Assembly (NCBI RefSeq): GCF_006345805.1 | Contig: NW_021832435.1 | Coordinates: forward strand, 1 to 64,000 | From: Octopus sinensis | Taxonomy: Eukaryota | Reading direction: 5' to 3' | DNA: 64,000 nt | Part shown: positions 34,119-46,759 of the stretch, piece by piece | Position numbering within the stretch: position 1 is the stretch's first letter | Layout of the letters: the number at the start of each line of letters is the position of its first letter | Made by a program: the position numbers and the translations under genes | The notes under the pieces: model-generated | What the model saw: only the letters and a program-made list of their open reading frames with translations | What the model was told of the DNA's origin: nothing | Database searches by the model: none

Positions 34119-34667
34119 TATATACATACATATACATACATATATATATACATATATATATACACGAATGTATGTAAATAAATGATTGTGCATAATCTTT
34201 AATTCTGTTTGTTTCAGTCTTTAGACTACGGCTCTCTCTTCTTTTTTTTTTTTTTGAAAAGCCTGTTACTTAGTGTATCGTCTTATTTGCTGAAATGCTA
34301 AGTTACGAGGACATAAACAAATCAACACCGCTCGTTTAGCGGTGGTGCCGGTGGTGGGAACAAACACAGATACAGAGACACACACATATGTATATATATG
34401 ACGTGCTTCTTTTAATTTCGGTCTACCAAAATGATATATATTTAACTACACATTGGTTCGTTTTATATGTATATGCATACATGTGTGTGTGTGTGTGTGT
34501 GCATATACATTTGAATACATATATGAGTATACATGTGTATGTAGGTGTATATATATATATGCACACACGTATGTGTATATATACATATATCTAGAGGTAT
34601 GTGTTGTATATATATATATATATATTTTTATATGTTTATATATCTGTGTGTGTATATATATATATAT

Positions 34668-35100
34668 CATCATCATCATCATTTAGCGTCCGCTTTCCAT
34701 TCTAGCATGGGTTGGACGGTTCAACTGGGGTCTGTGAAGCCAGAAGGCTGCATCAGGCCCAGTCTGATCTGGCAGTGTTTCTATGGCTGGATGCCCTTCC
34801 TAACGCCAACCAGTCCGTGAGTGTAGTGGGTGCTTTTTACGTGCCACCCGCACAGGTGCCAGACGGAGCTGGCAAACGGCCACGGACGGATGGTGCTTTT
34901 TATGTGCCACCGGCACGGGGGCCAGGCGAGGCTGGCAACGGCCACGAACGGATGGTGCTTTTACGTGCACCCTGCACGGAGGCCAGTCGGGTCGGCGCTG
35001 GCAACGGCCACGATCGGATGGTTCGCTTACTTGTCACCAGCACTGGTATCACAGCTGCAATTTCCATTGATGTTGATCGACTTCGATTTTGGTTCTGCTT
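34668..35100 (-). mobile_element. RTE LINE 3' UTR fragment with internal ~55-60-bp tandem repeats
   Basis: (cat)n ttagcgtccgctttcca...ggatgcccttcctaacgccaacc; same sequence lies downstream of the RTE ORF2 end at 62957-63513; repeats of ggatggtgctttt(t)acgtgcc...ggcaacggccacg. Confidence 0.8.
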
Positions 35101-35469
35101 TCTGATATCTGATTTGATTTGGTTTGATTTTGATTATATATATATATATATATATATATATAGGTTATAAAATGAGATAGGGGTTATATATATATATATA
35201 TATATATGCACATATGCACATACACATACATACACACTGGTTGACGATGGGTGTTTATGTGTTAACGTCCTTGTAACTTAGTGGTTCATCAAAAGAGACT
35301 GGCTTGAAAAATGTCCTGGTGTCGATTTGTTTCACTGAAGCCTTTCAGTTCTGTGTTCCAGCATGGCCACAGTCAAATGACTGAAATAAGTAATAAAAGA
35401 ATATATACAATATGTTTGTGTGTGTGTGTGTGTGTGTGTAAATATGTGCACATGTGTCTATGTATGTCA

Positions 35470-35680
35470 TTCATCATCATCATCATCATTAACATCCGTT
35501 GTCCATGCTGGCATGGGTTGGACCGTTTGACCAGAGCTGGCAAGATGGTGAGCTGTACCAGGTTCCTGTCTGATTTGGCTAGGTTTCTACCACTGGATGT
35601 CTTTCCTAACACCAACCACTTTACAAAGTGTGCTGGTTGCTTTCTACATGGCACCAGCACGGGTGATTTCTACGTGGTCT
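35470..35680 (-). mobile_element. Older RTE 3' UTR fragment
   Basis: (cat)n taacatccgttgtccatgctggcatgggttggac ... ggatgtctttcctaacaccaacc. Confidence 0.65.
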
Positions 35681-35789
35681 AGCAGGAGTATGTGCATATG
35701 CATGGGTGTTTATCGTGGAGGAGTTTTGGGGAAATGTCTAGCACCTATCATGGCATTTGGAGGTATTTTGAACCAATGAGATTTGTGAT

Positions 35790-36197
35790 ACTCTCTTTTT
35801 CTCTTTTACTTGTTTCAGTCATTTGACTGCGGCCATGCTGGAGCACCGCCTTTAATCGAGCAACTCGACCCCAAGACTTATTCTTTTGTAAGCCCAGTAC
35901 TTATTCTATCGGTCTCTTTTGCTGAACCGCTAAGTAACGGGGACATAAACACACCAGCATCGGTTGTCAAGCAATGCTAGGGGGACAAACACAGACACAC
36001 AAACATACACGCACACACATATATATATACATATGACGGGCTTCTTTCAGTTTCCGTCTACCAAATCCACTCACAAGGCATTGGTCGGCCCGGGGCTATA
36101 GCAGAAGTCACTTTCCCAAGGTGCCACGCAGTTGGACTGAATCCGGAACCATGTGGTTGGTTAGCAAGCTACTTACCACACAGCCACTCCTGCGCCT
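35790..36197 (-). mobile_element. SINE-A, full length
   Basis: Family match tail to head. Confidence 0.9.
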
Positions 36198-36703
36198 GTT
36201 TAACTTTCATTTAATCTGTTAACCGATTTTAACTCATAAAGGCCCGTTTCTTGGTTTCCTTGGCATAAATTTTCCCCACCTGGACAAAATACTGGTCCAT
36301 CACTGAATTACTCATTTTTTGCTAGCTGAGTGGACTGGAGCAATGTGAAGTGTTTTGCTCAAGAAGACAACATGTTGCCTGGTCCAGGAACTGAAACCAC
36401 AATCTTACGATCATGAGTCCAACATTCCTAACCACTAAACCACATGCCGCCACATAAAATTGACTAGCAAGTCACTACTGAGATTTGAACCTAGTACGTC
36501 TTAAATTCTGGTTAAATGCTCTGTACTATTTGGTGCTTGAAGGAAAGATATTTCGAGAGAGGATACCATAGAGGGGTGATGTCCTGTAGTCAGTGCAGGA
36601 TGGGCAGTTTGCATGCAAGAAGTAAGTGATTCAAGAGTTCTTGAATAGTAGAGGTACATGTCCAAACAGCTCTATGGAATGGAGACACTTATAGCAGCAA
36701 TGT

Positions 36704-37010
36704 GAAGGCGCATGGCTCAGTGGTTAGAGTGTCGAACTTATGATTGTGAGGTTGTGAGTTCAAATCCTGGACTGGGCTGTGTGTTGTGTTCTTGAGCAAG
36801 ACACTTTATTTCATGAGTTGCGATGTCACAGGTACCAAGCCGTATGAGCCTTTGTCTTTCCCTCGGATAACACTGGTGGCATGGAGAGGGGAGGCCGGTA
36901 TGCATAGGTGACTGCTGGTCTTCCATAAACAAACATGCTCGAACTTTTGCCTAGGAGGGTAACTTTCTAGGTGCAATCCCATGGTCATTCATGACCGAAG
37001 GGGGTCTCCA
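36704..37010 (+). mobile_element. Fourth tRNA-headed SINE (SINE-E), CORE-like segment gtgttcttgagcaagacacttt; further fragments at 36325-36450 (-) and 37570-37617 (+)
   Basis: A box tggctcagtgg, B box gagttcaaatcc. Confidence 0.75.
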
Positions 37011-37889
37011 TAGCAGCAATTAAAAAAAAAATGACAGAGGAGACAGCAACTATGTTGACCAGAGGCTGAAAGGAATATGAAAGCGATTTATGTCCAATCC
37101 GTCAAATGACTATAAACTGGATGCAGCCCAGAATCTTTTTGGTTGTTGTCACAGATTTGGATATTTTAAAATTGAGTGAAAATTCTGGAAGTTATTATAC
37201 TGTTGTAACTTTTGGTGCTGAATCTGAATTTGGGATTCATTCATTCCAGAAAAAATTCTTGTAAAATGTTACAGAGGTTCAAAGTTTGATCATTTATAAC
37301 CCATGATCATTTATATGCATGCATATACAGCTGCGTGCATGCGCATATACACGCGAGTACTGTCCAAATCTCCGACCAATCACCTACAGCTAGCTGGCAT
37401 TCAATTGGCGTATCAAGTTTCGGGCATTTTGATTGGGTTTTGGATAGAAAATTCACAAAAAAGTCACTTCTGTTGATTTTTTAATGGCTTTGTGGGGTGA
37501 CTGGGGAAATGTAAAGATGTGCACGACCACCCTTGGACGGTTTTGAATGACCATAGAAAGTGCAACATTTTGTGTTCTTGAGCAAAACACTTCACATTGC
37601 TCCAGTCCACTCAGCTCTCTAACTGAAAAATTGTGGATTTGTATAAAGGACAAACACACACACACAAAGACAGACATTTTGCCGTTTATATATATATAGA
37701 GAGAGAGATCAGAAACCAGCATTTTTTTGTGTAATAGCTGTCTGTCACCAAATGATTCTTGTCAGAGCCTGTGGTGGTTGTGACGGTGAAAGTGACACAG
37801 TGGTTTAGTACAGCTTCCTTGTTGCAATGAAAACAGGGCAGACTACGGCTTTGCTTGGTTCTATGGAAACAGACACCAGTGTGAGATTC

Positions 37890-38215
37890 ATGGTCTTGTG
37901 TATAATGGTGGCTTTCGATGGGCTAAAATTACCAAAAATTTGCAAACTTTAAAAGCTATGCGAAGCTGCAGGTGACTGTGGTCAAATCTTGGTTGGAGAG
38001 GTTTGTTGCTGGAATGTTGTGTGACAGTAGAATATGACTCCTTACCACACCTCCAGAAGGAGTCAGAAGTGGTTGTCTGAGAATTTCTATGACTTCACCA
38101 CCCCCAATTTCTAGCCTCCTAGGTCCCCCCATTGCAATCAGATGGATTACTATGTGTGGGGCAATGCCAGTGCTGAGTCACTTCAGAGTCATGGTCAAGA
38201 TCAAGGTGTTTGAAT
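37890..38215 (+). pseudogene. Tc1/mariner-superfamily (maT/rosa-like) transposase relic
   Basis: VVKSWLERFVAG...HTSRRSQKWLSENFYDFTTPNF*PPRSP(fs)CNQMDYYVWG matches the WPPxSPDxNPxDYxVWG motif around the third catalytic Asp. Confidence 0.75.
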
Positions 38216-38529
38216 TTCTTCCAGGGACACAACGAGGAATGCAACTCATGGTTGCTGGTTCATTCCCACTGTGTGGCGCTTTGAGCATCTGCTACTATAT
38301 CCTCAGGCTGACTATAGTCTTGTGAATGGATTTGGTATAAACGGAAACTGAAAGAAGCCCATTGTGTGTGTGTTTGTTCCTCACCACTGCTCAAAAACTA
38401 GTGTTGGTGTGTTTACATCCCCGTAACTTAGTGATTTGGCAAAAGGAAATAAAAGACGTTTTAGATGTAACCCCCCCAAATTTTTCACATTTTATAAGCA
38501 ATCAATTAGTCTTTTCTACTTTGAATTGA

Positions 38530-38559
<30 letters not shown>

Positions 38560-38577
<18 letters not shown>

Positions 38578-38790
38578 CTTTGTTTGTGCCCCCCCCCCCA
38601 CTACATTGCTTGACAACCGATGCTGGTATTTTTACATCCCCGTAACTTAGCGGTTCAGCAAGAGAGACTGATAGAATAAGTACTAGGCTTACAAAGAATA
38701 AGTCCTGGGGTCGATTTGCTTGACTAAAGGCGGTGCTCCAGCATAGCCACAGTCAAATGACTAAAACAAGTAAAAGAGAGTAAAGAGAGA
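38560..38790 (+). mobile_element. SINE-A 3' half (a degenerate 5' half lies at 38230-38460)
   Basis: cattgcttgacaaccgatgctgg ... aaaacaagtaaaagagagtaaagag. Confidence 0.8.
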
Positions 38791-38837
38791 TATATTCAGG
38801 GTTTTCCCTTTTCAATATTATGGTATCGGTATCACTC

Positions 38838-39045
38838 CCCTGAGCTGGCAGAATTGTTAGCATGTTGGGCAAGATGCTTAGTGGCATTTTGTCAGCCTTT
38901 ATGTTCTGAGTTCAAATTCCACCAAGGTCGACTATGCTTTTCATCTGTTTTGGGGATTGATAAAATAAGTATCAGTTGAGTATAGTGGTCGATATAATCA
39001 ACTTGGCCCTTCCCCAAAATTTCAGACCTTTTGCTTATATTTTAA
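38838..39045 (+). mobile_element. SINE-B variant (tail ttccccaaaatttcagaccttttgc)
   Basis: tgagctggcagaattgttagc ... gagttcaaattcc. Confidence 0.75.
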
Positions 39046-39145
39046 AACAATTAAGAGTATTAAACTGGTGCTTAGATACATTTTTAAAAATCTTTTACTT
39101 GTTTCAGTCATTAGACTGCGGCCAGGGACAGACTTCCCATTTTAA

Positions 39146-39225
39146 CCCTTTAGCATTTTAAACGGGTCATAGCATTTAATACATGATTAATTGAAAACAG
39201 TGTGGATAAATAAGCGTTATATTAA
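39146..39225 (+). mobile_element. piggyBac-type MITE relic (left end, internally deleted)
   Basis: ttaa-ccctttagcatttt ... catgattaattgaaaacagtgtggataaa, homologous to 56390-56612. Confidence 0.55.
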
Positions 39226-39239
39226 ACATTTTTTTATTT

Positions 39240-39549
39240 ATTTATGCGTCCTTTTCAAGCCTAGCCAGGCTCATGGGACCGGTTTCCTGGTTTTTGGGGC
39301 ATATGTGTTCCCCCCAGCTGGACGGGACGCCAGTCTATCACAACATTACCCAAGAAACGGGAAGAAAGAGTGAGAGAAAGTTGGGGTGAAAGAGTACAAC
39401 AGGGGTCACCCCCCCCCCCCCTGCTGGAGTCTTGTGGAGCTTTTAGGTGTTTTCGCTCAATAAAAACACACAATGCCCGGTCTGGGAATCGAAACAGCGA
39501 TCCTCCGACTGTGAGTCCACTGCCCTAACCACTTGGCCATTGTGCCTCC
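39240..39549 (-). mobile_element. SINE-C with 3' module C3
   Basis: Same head ggaggcacaatggccaagtggttagggcag; 3' part gatagactggcgtcccgtccagc...ggaaaccggtcccatgagcc. Confidence 0.8.
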
Positions 39550-39752
39550 ACTTATTAGCCATAGTTATCCTGAATACTGAAGTGTTAGAGGAATCTAAAT
39601 TAAAACCGTTCATTAAAATTTTATGTTAATTTATCTTCCAAACATCACCTTAATAATGACTTATTTTATTACATACGTTGTTATCACTGCTGCTGCCATC
39701 ATCGTCATTGTCTGATGTTCATTTCCCCCACTGGTATGGCTTGGATGGTTTG

Positions 39753-40054
39753 TTTGATCTTTCTTGAGCCATGCCTGGCTCATAAGGGCCAGTTTCCAGA
39801 TTTCCTTGGCGTATAGGTTCCCCACCTGGACGGGACACTGGTCCGTCGCAGGTGAGCTGCAAGATGCAGGAGGAAAGAGTGAGAGAAAGTTGTGGTGAAA
39901 GAGTCAGCAGAAGTTCGCCATTACCTTCTGCCGGAGCCGCATGGAGCTTAGGTGTTTCACTCATAAACACACACATCGCCCGGTCTGAGATTCAAACCCA
40001 CGATCCCTCGACTGCGAGTCCGCTGCTCTAACCACTAGGCCATGTGCCTCCACT
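39753..40054 (-). mobile_element. SINE-C-related subfamily with C3-type module, 14-bp TSD
   Basis: TSD gcttggatggtttg at 39739-52 and 40055-68; contains cctgcgacggaccagtgtcccgtccagg. Confidence 0.8.
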
Positions 40055-40221
40055 GCTTGGATGGTTTGATGGGAGCTGGTTAGTTAGAGAGCTGCACCAG
40101 GCTCCACTTGTCTGCTTCGGCATGGTCTCTATGACCGGATGCCTTTCCTGATGCCAACCACTTTACAGAGTGTACTGAACCTTTTTTTTTTTTTTAAATG
40201 GCACCAACATGGGTGCTTTAT

Positions 40222-40490
40222 ACATCATCATCATCATCATCATCGTTTAGCGTCCGCTTTCCATGCTAGCATGGGTTGGACGGTTCAACTGGGGTCTGGG
40301 AAGCCCGAAGGCTGCACCAGGCCCAGTTTGATCTGGCGATGTTTCTACGGCTGGATGCCCTTCCTAACGCCAACCACTCCATGAGTGTAGTGGGTGCTTT
40401 TTACGTGCCAGACAAGTCTGGCAAACGACCACGATCGGATGGTGCTTTTTATGTGCCATCGGCACGGGGGCCAGGCGAGGCTGGCATTAT
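40222..40490 (-). mobile_element. RTE LINE 3' UTR fragment
   Basis: (cat)n cgtttagcgtccgctttccatgctagcatggg..., near-identical to 34668-34950. Confidence 0.8.
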
Positions 40491-40940
40491 ATTAAAATTT
40501 AATTAAAACAAAAATTGTGCATTTCAACAGAAATATGGATTAATGCACCAATTTCACATAGTAACTCTTACACAACAACAAAATTGGTCAGTTTTTCTCT
40601 GTTGCATTGCCTGCTAATAACGTAAAACCTGGTGTAGGCAAACATTTTGTGAGAAGTGGACTACATGAGGCGCAGCTCCTCATCTTCAGGCAGGTGGCAC
40701 TACTAACAAACTTGAAGGTACTTTATTGTGACATATGGTAGTTATTGTATTTGGTGTGGCAACACACCCAATACCAAATTTCAAACGGGTATAACAAGAT
40801 TTTTCCATTAAAATTTGTAACTAAATTAATGAATAGTCTTCATATTTAGGTATAATGAATTTGCTATTTTTGATGGGAGTGCAGCACATATCTGGCTCAC
40901 CCGGAATATATGCCACTGATATATATATATATATATACAT

Positions 40941-41238
40941 GGAGGCACAATGGCCCAGTGGTTAGGGCAGCGGACTCGCGGTCAGAGGATTGCGATTTCG
41001 ATTCCCAGACCAGACGTTGAGTGTTTATTGAGCGAAAATACCTAAAGCTCCACGAAGCTCCGGTAGTGGGTGGTGGTGATCCCTGCTGTACTCTTTCGCC
41101 GCAACTTTCTCCCACTCTTTCTTCTGTTGGCCTGCTCGCTTAGCCAGTGGGGTGACGTCATTTGAAGGCTAAAACAATGCGAAGCGCATTGTGACCAGTG
41201 ATGTGTAGCAACATCTGATTGCCTGGTCAGTCACGTGA
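40941..41238 (+). mobile_element. SINE-C with 3' module C2
   Basis: Head ggaggcacaatggcccagtgg; tail ...gaaggctaaaacaatgcgaagcgcattgtgacc...gtcacgtgat; matches 63540-63838. Confidence 0.85.
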
Positions 41239-41534
41239 TATATGTACATAGTAATTGAATAAAAGAAAATATCTATATATATATGTGGCGTATGGTGGTG
41301 GTTGTATTGGGAATGCTGTTACACCCAGTGCCACGAGACGGGTATAACGAAAGTTTTCCATTAAGATTTGTGATTAAGATAATGAGTAAGGTTAATATTT
41401 ATGGGTTTTCCATTTTTGATGGGTGTGCAGTTCACACCTAACACACCTGGAATATATATGCCTCTGTTAATTTGGCATACCTACACAAGTATTAATTCTT
41501 CATAACTTTTAATGAAATTTTTTAAAAAAAATAG

Positions 41535-41800
41535 GTGCAGGTGTGGCTGTGTGGTAAGAAGTCTGCTTTTCAACCACATAGTTCTGGGTTCAGTCCCATT
41601 GCATGGCACCTTAGGCAAGTATCCTCTACTATAGCCTTAGGCTGACCAGTGTTGTGGGTTGATGTGGTAGACAGAAATTGGGAGAAGCCCATCACGTTTG
41701 TATATATATATATATATGTGTGTCCGTGTGTCCTTGTTTGTCCTCCACTGATTGACAACCAGCGTTGGTATGCTTATGCCCCTGTAACTTAGCAGTAACT
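41535..41800 (+). mobile_element. SINE-A, diverged
   Basis: aggtgcaggtgtggctgtgtggtaag...cccctgtaacttagc. Confidence 0.7.
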
Positions 41801-41905
41801 AGATGAAAAGTTCCAGTTTCCATCTTCCAAATCCACTCATTGCTTTGGTCGGCCCAAGAAATCTAATGCTCGTAGCTTAGTTTTTCCTTGGGACTGGCCA
41901 ATTTG

Positions 41906-42043
41906 GAGCAATCTCAAGATTAAACAGCCGAAATTGTGAGGATGATTCGGTTCTTGGCTGAAGATTAGAGGCTTCGAATGACCTGTCCGTGTTTTTTGTT
42001 TCAACTATTTGAATGTTTTGCGTTCTTGTCCCATTTTGTATTT

Positions 42044-42082
<39 letters not shown>

Positions 42083-42230
42083 GTAAAAGTTAAAAAATAT
42101 ATACAAACTGGGACAAGAACGTGAAACACCTAGAAGACGACACAAGAAACACAGGACGGGACATTCGAAGCCCTCAATCATTAGTCAAGAACCGGATCAT
42201 CTTCGCAATTTCGGCTGATTAATCTTGATA
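41906..42230. repeat. Inverted pair of a ~130-bp interspersed repeat around a (TA)n core
   Basis: tctcaagattaaacagccgaaattgtg...gttcttgtcccattttgta (left) versus tacaaactgggacaagaacg...caatttcggctgattaatcttga (right). Confidence 0.85.
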
Positions 42231-42742
42231 TATATATATATATGTGTTTGTGTATATACATACACACACCGAATGTATGTGTGTGTATTTTTATACGAAC
42301 ATGTGCCTATGTTTACATACAGTCCCCCCCCTACACACCCTGTCACACTCACCCATACATATGTAACATCATAGATTATCCTATTTGAGCATCTTTCCCC
42401 TTCGTGCCCCCACCCCCCTGTGTTCCTCTCATTTCCTCCCCTTCACTCGCCACCTATCACCCTCATCTTTCCTCCTCTTTCCGCTCCATTCTCTGGCTGT
42501 GGCTGTTGCAATAACAACCATTATGTTTTTGCCATGTGCTCTCTGAGTTATTAGCTGCTATTCACGAGATGATATACTGATATCGTTTATATCATCATAT
42601 CAAGACAAACAGTTATCCTTATCACACTGGCAATTTATTTCTGGGATATGGGGAAGGAGGAGAGGATGGGGGGAGTGGGTTCCTCTATACTTCATCTTGT
42701 TATTATTTGTTATTATTATTACCATTATTGTTATTATTATTT

Positions 42743-43140
42743 AAGGCAGCAAGCTGGCAGAATTGTTAGCACACTGGATGAAATGCTTAGTGGTATTTCG
42801 TCTGCCGCTATGTTCTGAGTTCAAATTCTGCCGAGGTCGACTTTGCCTTTCATCCTTTTGGGATCAATTAAATTAAGTACCAGTTACGCACTGGCGTCGA
42901 TGTAATCGACTTAATCCGTTTGTCTGTCCTTGTTTGTCCTCTCTGTGTTTAGCCCCTTGTGGGTAGTAAAGAAATAGGTATTTCATCCATCTTTACCATC
43001 TGGGTTCAAATTCCGCCAAGATTGACTTTGCCTTTCATCCTTTCGGGGTCAGTAAAATAAGTAACACTTGAACACTGGGGTCGATATAACTGACTCATAC
43101 CCTCCCGCAACCTGCTACCCTTGTAGGCAAAATTTGAAAC
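42743..43140 (+). mobile_element. SINE-B dimer
   Basis: Monomer 1 ends aaagaaatagg; monomer 2 begins tatttcatcc and has the variant tail. Confidence 0.8.
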
Positions 43141-43208
43141 CATTAATTTGTAACCTTTCGTCCTGTTTTGTCCCTTTATGTTTTCCAATCATGTTTAAAA
43201 AGAATTTA

Positions 43209-43254
<46 letters not shown>

Positions 43255-43696
43255 CTCTTGCCTTTATTTTTCATATAGTTTTCAACTCTTGCAAAACGCA
43301 CACATGTGTGCACACACAAATCTACATACATCCACACACTTTCACTTTTACTCTTTGTGTGTTTTCAGTTATTGGACTGTGGCCATGTTGGGGTCACTGC
43401 TTTCAAGGGTTTTTGTCTGGTGAATTACAGGATATAGACATGCCATTCCTTTTCAAAGTGGTGTCAGTTCAAACACACACACACACACCAATACATACAT
43501 ACATCGTTTAACGTTTGTTTTTCATGCTGGCGTGGGTTGCACTGTCTGACAGGAGCTGGTCAGCTGAAGAACTGCTTCGGTTCCATGTCTGTTTTGGTAT
43601 GGTTCCTGCAGCTGGATGCCCTTAATGCCAAATACACTCACACACACACACACACTCTCTCACACACACACACACACATATGATAACTCATTTTCA

Positions 43697-43787
43697 AAGC
43701 TCTGATGAAGCTATAAGACAATAAACAACCTTTCAACTATGAGTGTATGAGTGCATTGCATCTAGTAGCAGAAACAGCTGTAAGCTA
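43697..43787 (+). ncRNA. Type-I hammerhead ribozyme motif
   Basis: Stem I agct(43698-701)/agct(43783-86); CTGATGA 43702-08; stem II gcta/tagc with A.A at its base and a ~52-nt loop; GAAAC 43771-75; palindromic stem III acagctgt; GUA (cut after 43782). Confidence 0.6.
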
Positions 43788-43959
43788 ATGAAGTTCATTA
43801 CATGATTATTTAGTCTCCTGCCTTTTTACTTTAATTTCCTATTACAGCTCTATAAGCAACTCACACTCTGTTTTGAAGCATATGTATATTGGGTTCTAAT
43901 ATCACTATACCTAAGTGCTATGTAAATATCACTGTATCTAAGCAAAATAATAATAAAAA

Positions 43960-44912
43960 TTTTGGCATAATGCCACTAAGTCTTGGGGGAGGAGGTAAGA
44001 TGATTACACCGACCCCAGTGCTCGACTGGTTCTTATTTTATCAACCCCCAAAAAGACGAAAGGCAAAGTCGACCCCAGCAGAATTTGAACTGAGAATGTA
44101 AAGATGGACAAAATGCCGCTAAGCATTTTGCCTGGTGTGCTAATGAATTTGCTAGCTGACTGCCTTAATAATAATAACGACAATAATAATAATAATAATA
44201 TTAATGATGATGATAATTCTTTCTGCTGAAGGTACAAGGTTTGAATTTTGCGAGGAGGGGACTAGTTGATTACATTGACCCCAGCGTTTCACTGGTACTT
44301 AATTTATTAACCCCCCCCCCAGAAAAGGATGAAAGGCACAGTTGAACTCGGAACATAGAGGCAGATGAAATACCTATTTCTTTACCCTCCACAAGGGGCT
44401 AAACACAGAGAGGACAAACAAGGACAGACAAACGGATTAAGTCGATTAAGAGAGTTCAAATTCCACTGAGGTCAACTTTGCCTTTCATCCTCTCGGGGTC
44501 GATAAATTAAGTACCAGTTACACACTGGGGTCGATATAATCGACTTAATCCATTTGTCTGTCCTTGTTTGTCCTCTCTGTGTTTAGCCCCTTGTGGGTAG
44601 TAAAGAAATAGGTACCTTGTGGTTTTGTTAGTCCCTGCCTAATTGAAATTGTGATCTGGTGTTTATTATACCCCTTGTTGAAGGCGGTGAGCTGGCAGAC
44701 ACGTTAGCGCACCAAGCGAAATGCTTAGTGGTATTTTGTCTGTCGTTACGTTCTGAGTTCAAATTCCGCCGAGGTCAACTTTGCCTTTCATCCTTTCGGG
44801 GTCGATAAATAAAGTACCAGTTACGCACTGGGGTCGATGTAATTGACTTAATCCATTTGTCTGTCCTTGTTTGTCCCGTCTATGTTTAGCCCCTTGTGGG
44901 CAATAAAGAAAT
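43960..44912. mobile_element. Cluster of SINE-B copies: 43960-44165 (-), 44225-44449 (-, dimer remnant), 44450-44612 (+, 5'-truncated), 44681-44912 (+)
   Basis: Repeated gtcgactttgcctttcatcc / taagtaccag / aaagaaatag motifs on both strands. Confidence 0.8.
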
Positions 44913-45289
44913 ATATACTCGTTGTTGACTTTGTCCTGGCAGCCAGTTGCTCTGTGCTTTCAAAGACCTGTGGAATAAAAGGGAAAACCCAGTAAGGGTT
45001 GTCAACGGGAAGAGCGTCCAGCTGTAAAAGTACTTTCATTCTTCTAAGAACACCCTGTATAACCTATGCTGGCATGGAACAACAAACATTAAAGAAATGA
45101 AGTGTGTGTGTGTGTGTGTGTGTGTATCTCTCTCTCTCTCATATATTATTTTATGTAGCTAAACTTGACTTCATTACATTGAATTTCATTGTTGCAAGGA
45201 GAAGCAATTCCCAGATGTTCTCTCTGTAAAGATGTATTAAATACTCTTTATTACTGGCAAACATACATACATACATATATATATATGTA

Positions 45290-45841
45290 CGTGTGTGTGT
45301 GTGTGCTTGCGTATATGTTGTATATGTATGGTTGCGTATGTTGGCCTTTGCGGTTTTGATGCATATGCTGTATATATACGTATGGTTGTGTATGTTTTGG
45401 CATGTGTGCGTATGCATATATGTTGTATGTATGTATGGTTGTGTCTGTGTGTGTGTGTGTGTGTGCATATGTTGTATATGAATGGTTACGTATGTCTGGC
45501 ATGTGTGTGCGTATGCATATATGTATATGTATATGTAGGGTTGCGTATGTGTTGGCTTGTGTGTGTATGTATATATGTATATGTAGGGTTGCGTATGTGT
45601 TGGTATGTGTGTATGCATACGTTGTATATGTATGGTTGTGTGTGATGGTATGTGTGTGTATGCATATGTTATATATATATATGTGTATGTTTAAGTATGC
45701 ATTGTTGTGTGTATGTGTATACCATACATGTCTGTGTTGGCATGTGTGCATATGTTATGTATGTATGGTTGCGTATGTGTTGGCATGGGTGTATGTATAT
45801 GCACATATCTTGTATATGTATGTATGTTTGCGTATGTGTTG

Positions 45842-45882
<41 letters not shown>

Positions 45883-45895
45883 TATATACATACAT
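45290..45895. repeat. Complex TG/TATG minisatellite (tatgtatggttgcgtatgtgttggc-like units)
   Basis: Direct inspection. Confidence 0.85.
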
Positions 45896-46361
45896 ATATT
45901 GTTGACGTACACAAAAATGTAAAAACGCCTCTGCCCACTCCCCGCTTTCCCACCGGTGACAATGGAGTATGAACATAGATTAAATTCTTTGCCAAGTGCA
46001 TGTATACTTGAAAATATTAAGATAATCTTGGCATGTATCTCTGACAGTTACCAAGTAAAAAAAAAACTGTGTCAGCCGCAGATATGATTGTAGTGTATAC
46101 AAAGGGCAGTGCAGAGACGATCTGTGGGAGCGGCTTGCCGTAGCGTCTTGCCTTGTCTTGTCTTGTCTTGTCCAATCTGTACAAAGGGAGATAGTTGCAT
46201 TGATATACATACATGGAATGAGTAAATTCTCAGAAGTGCTAGGGTACACGCAGTGGTGGTAAGAGAGTAGGGAGGATGGTCGATGTGCAGGGCATGAAAT
46301 TTTTTAAAAGGGACCAAAACCAAAGCCTGCTATACATAGTGGAACTTCAGTTTATGAACAG

Positions 46362-46569
46362 CTCTCTTTTACTTGTTTCGGTCATTTTGACTGCGGCCAT
46401 GCTGGAGCACCGCCTTTAGTTGAGCAAATCGACCCTGGGACTTATTCTTTGTAAGCCCAGTACTTATTCTATCGGTCTCTTTTGCCGAACCGCTAAGTGA
46501 CGGGGACGTAAACACACCAGCATTGGTTGTCAAGCAATGCTAGGGGGACAAACACAAACACACACATAC

Positions 46570-46601
<32 letters not shown>

Positions 46602-46759
46602 ACGACAGGCTTCTTTCAGTTTCCGTCTACCAAATCCACTCACAAGGCATTGGTCGGCCTGGGGCTATAGCAGAAGACACTTGCCCAAGATGCCATGCAG
46701 TGGGACTGAACTCGGAACCATGTGGTTGGTTAGCAAGCTACTTACTACACAGCCACTCA
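46362..46759 (-). mobile_element. SINE-A flanked by a ~155-bp direct duplication (46212-46366 and 46760-46913)
   Basis: catggaat...gaacagctctc on both sides, about 11 differences by eye. Confidence 0.85.
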
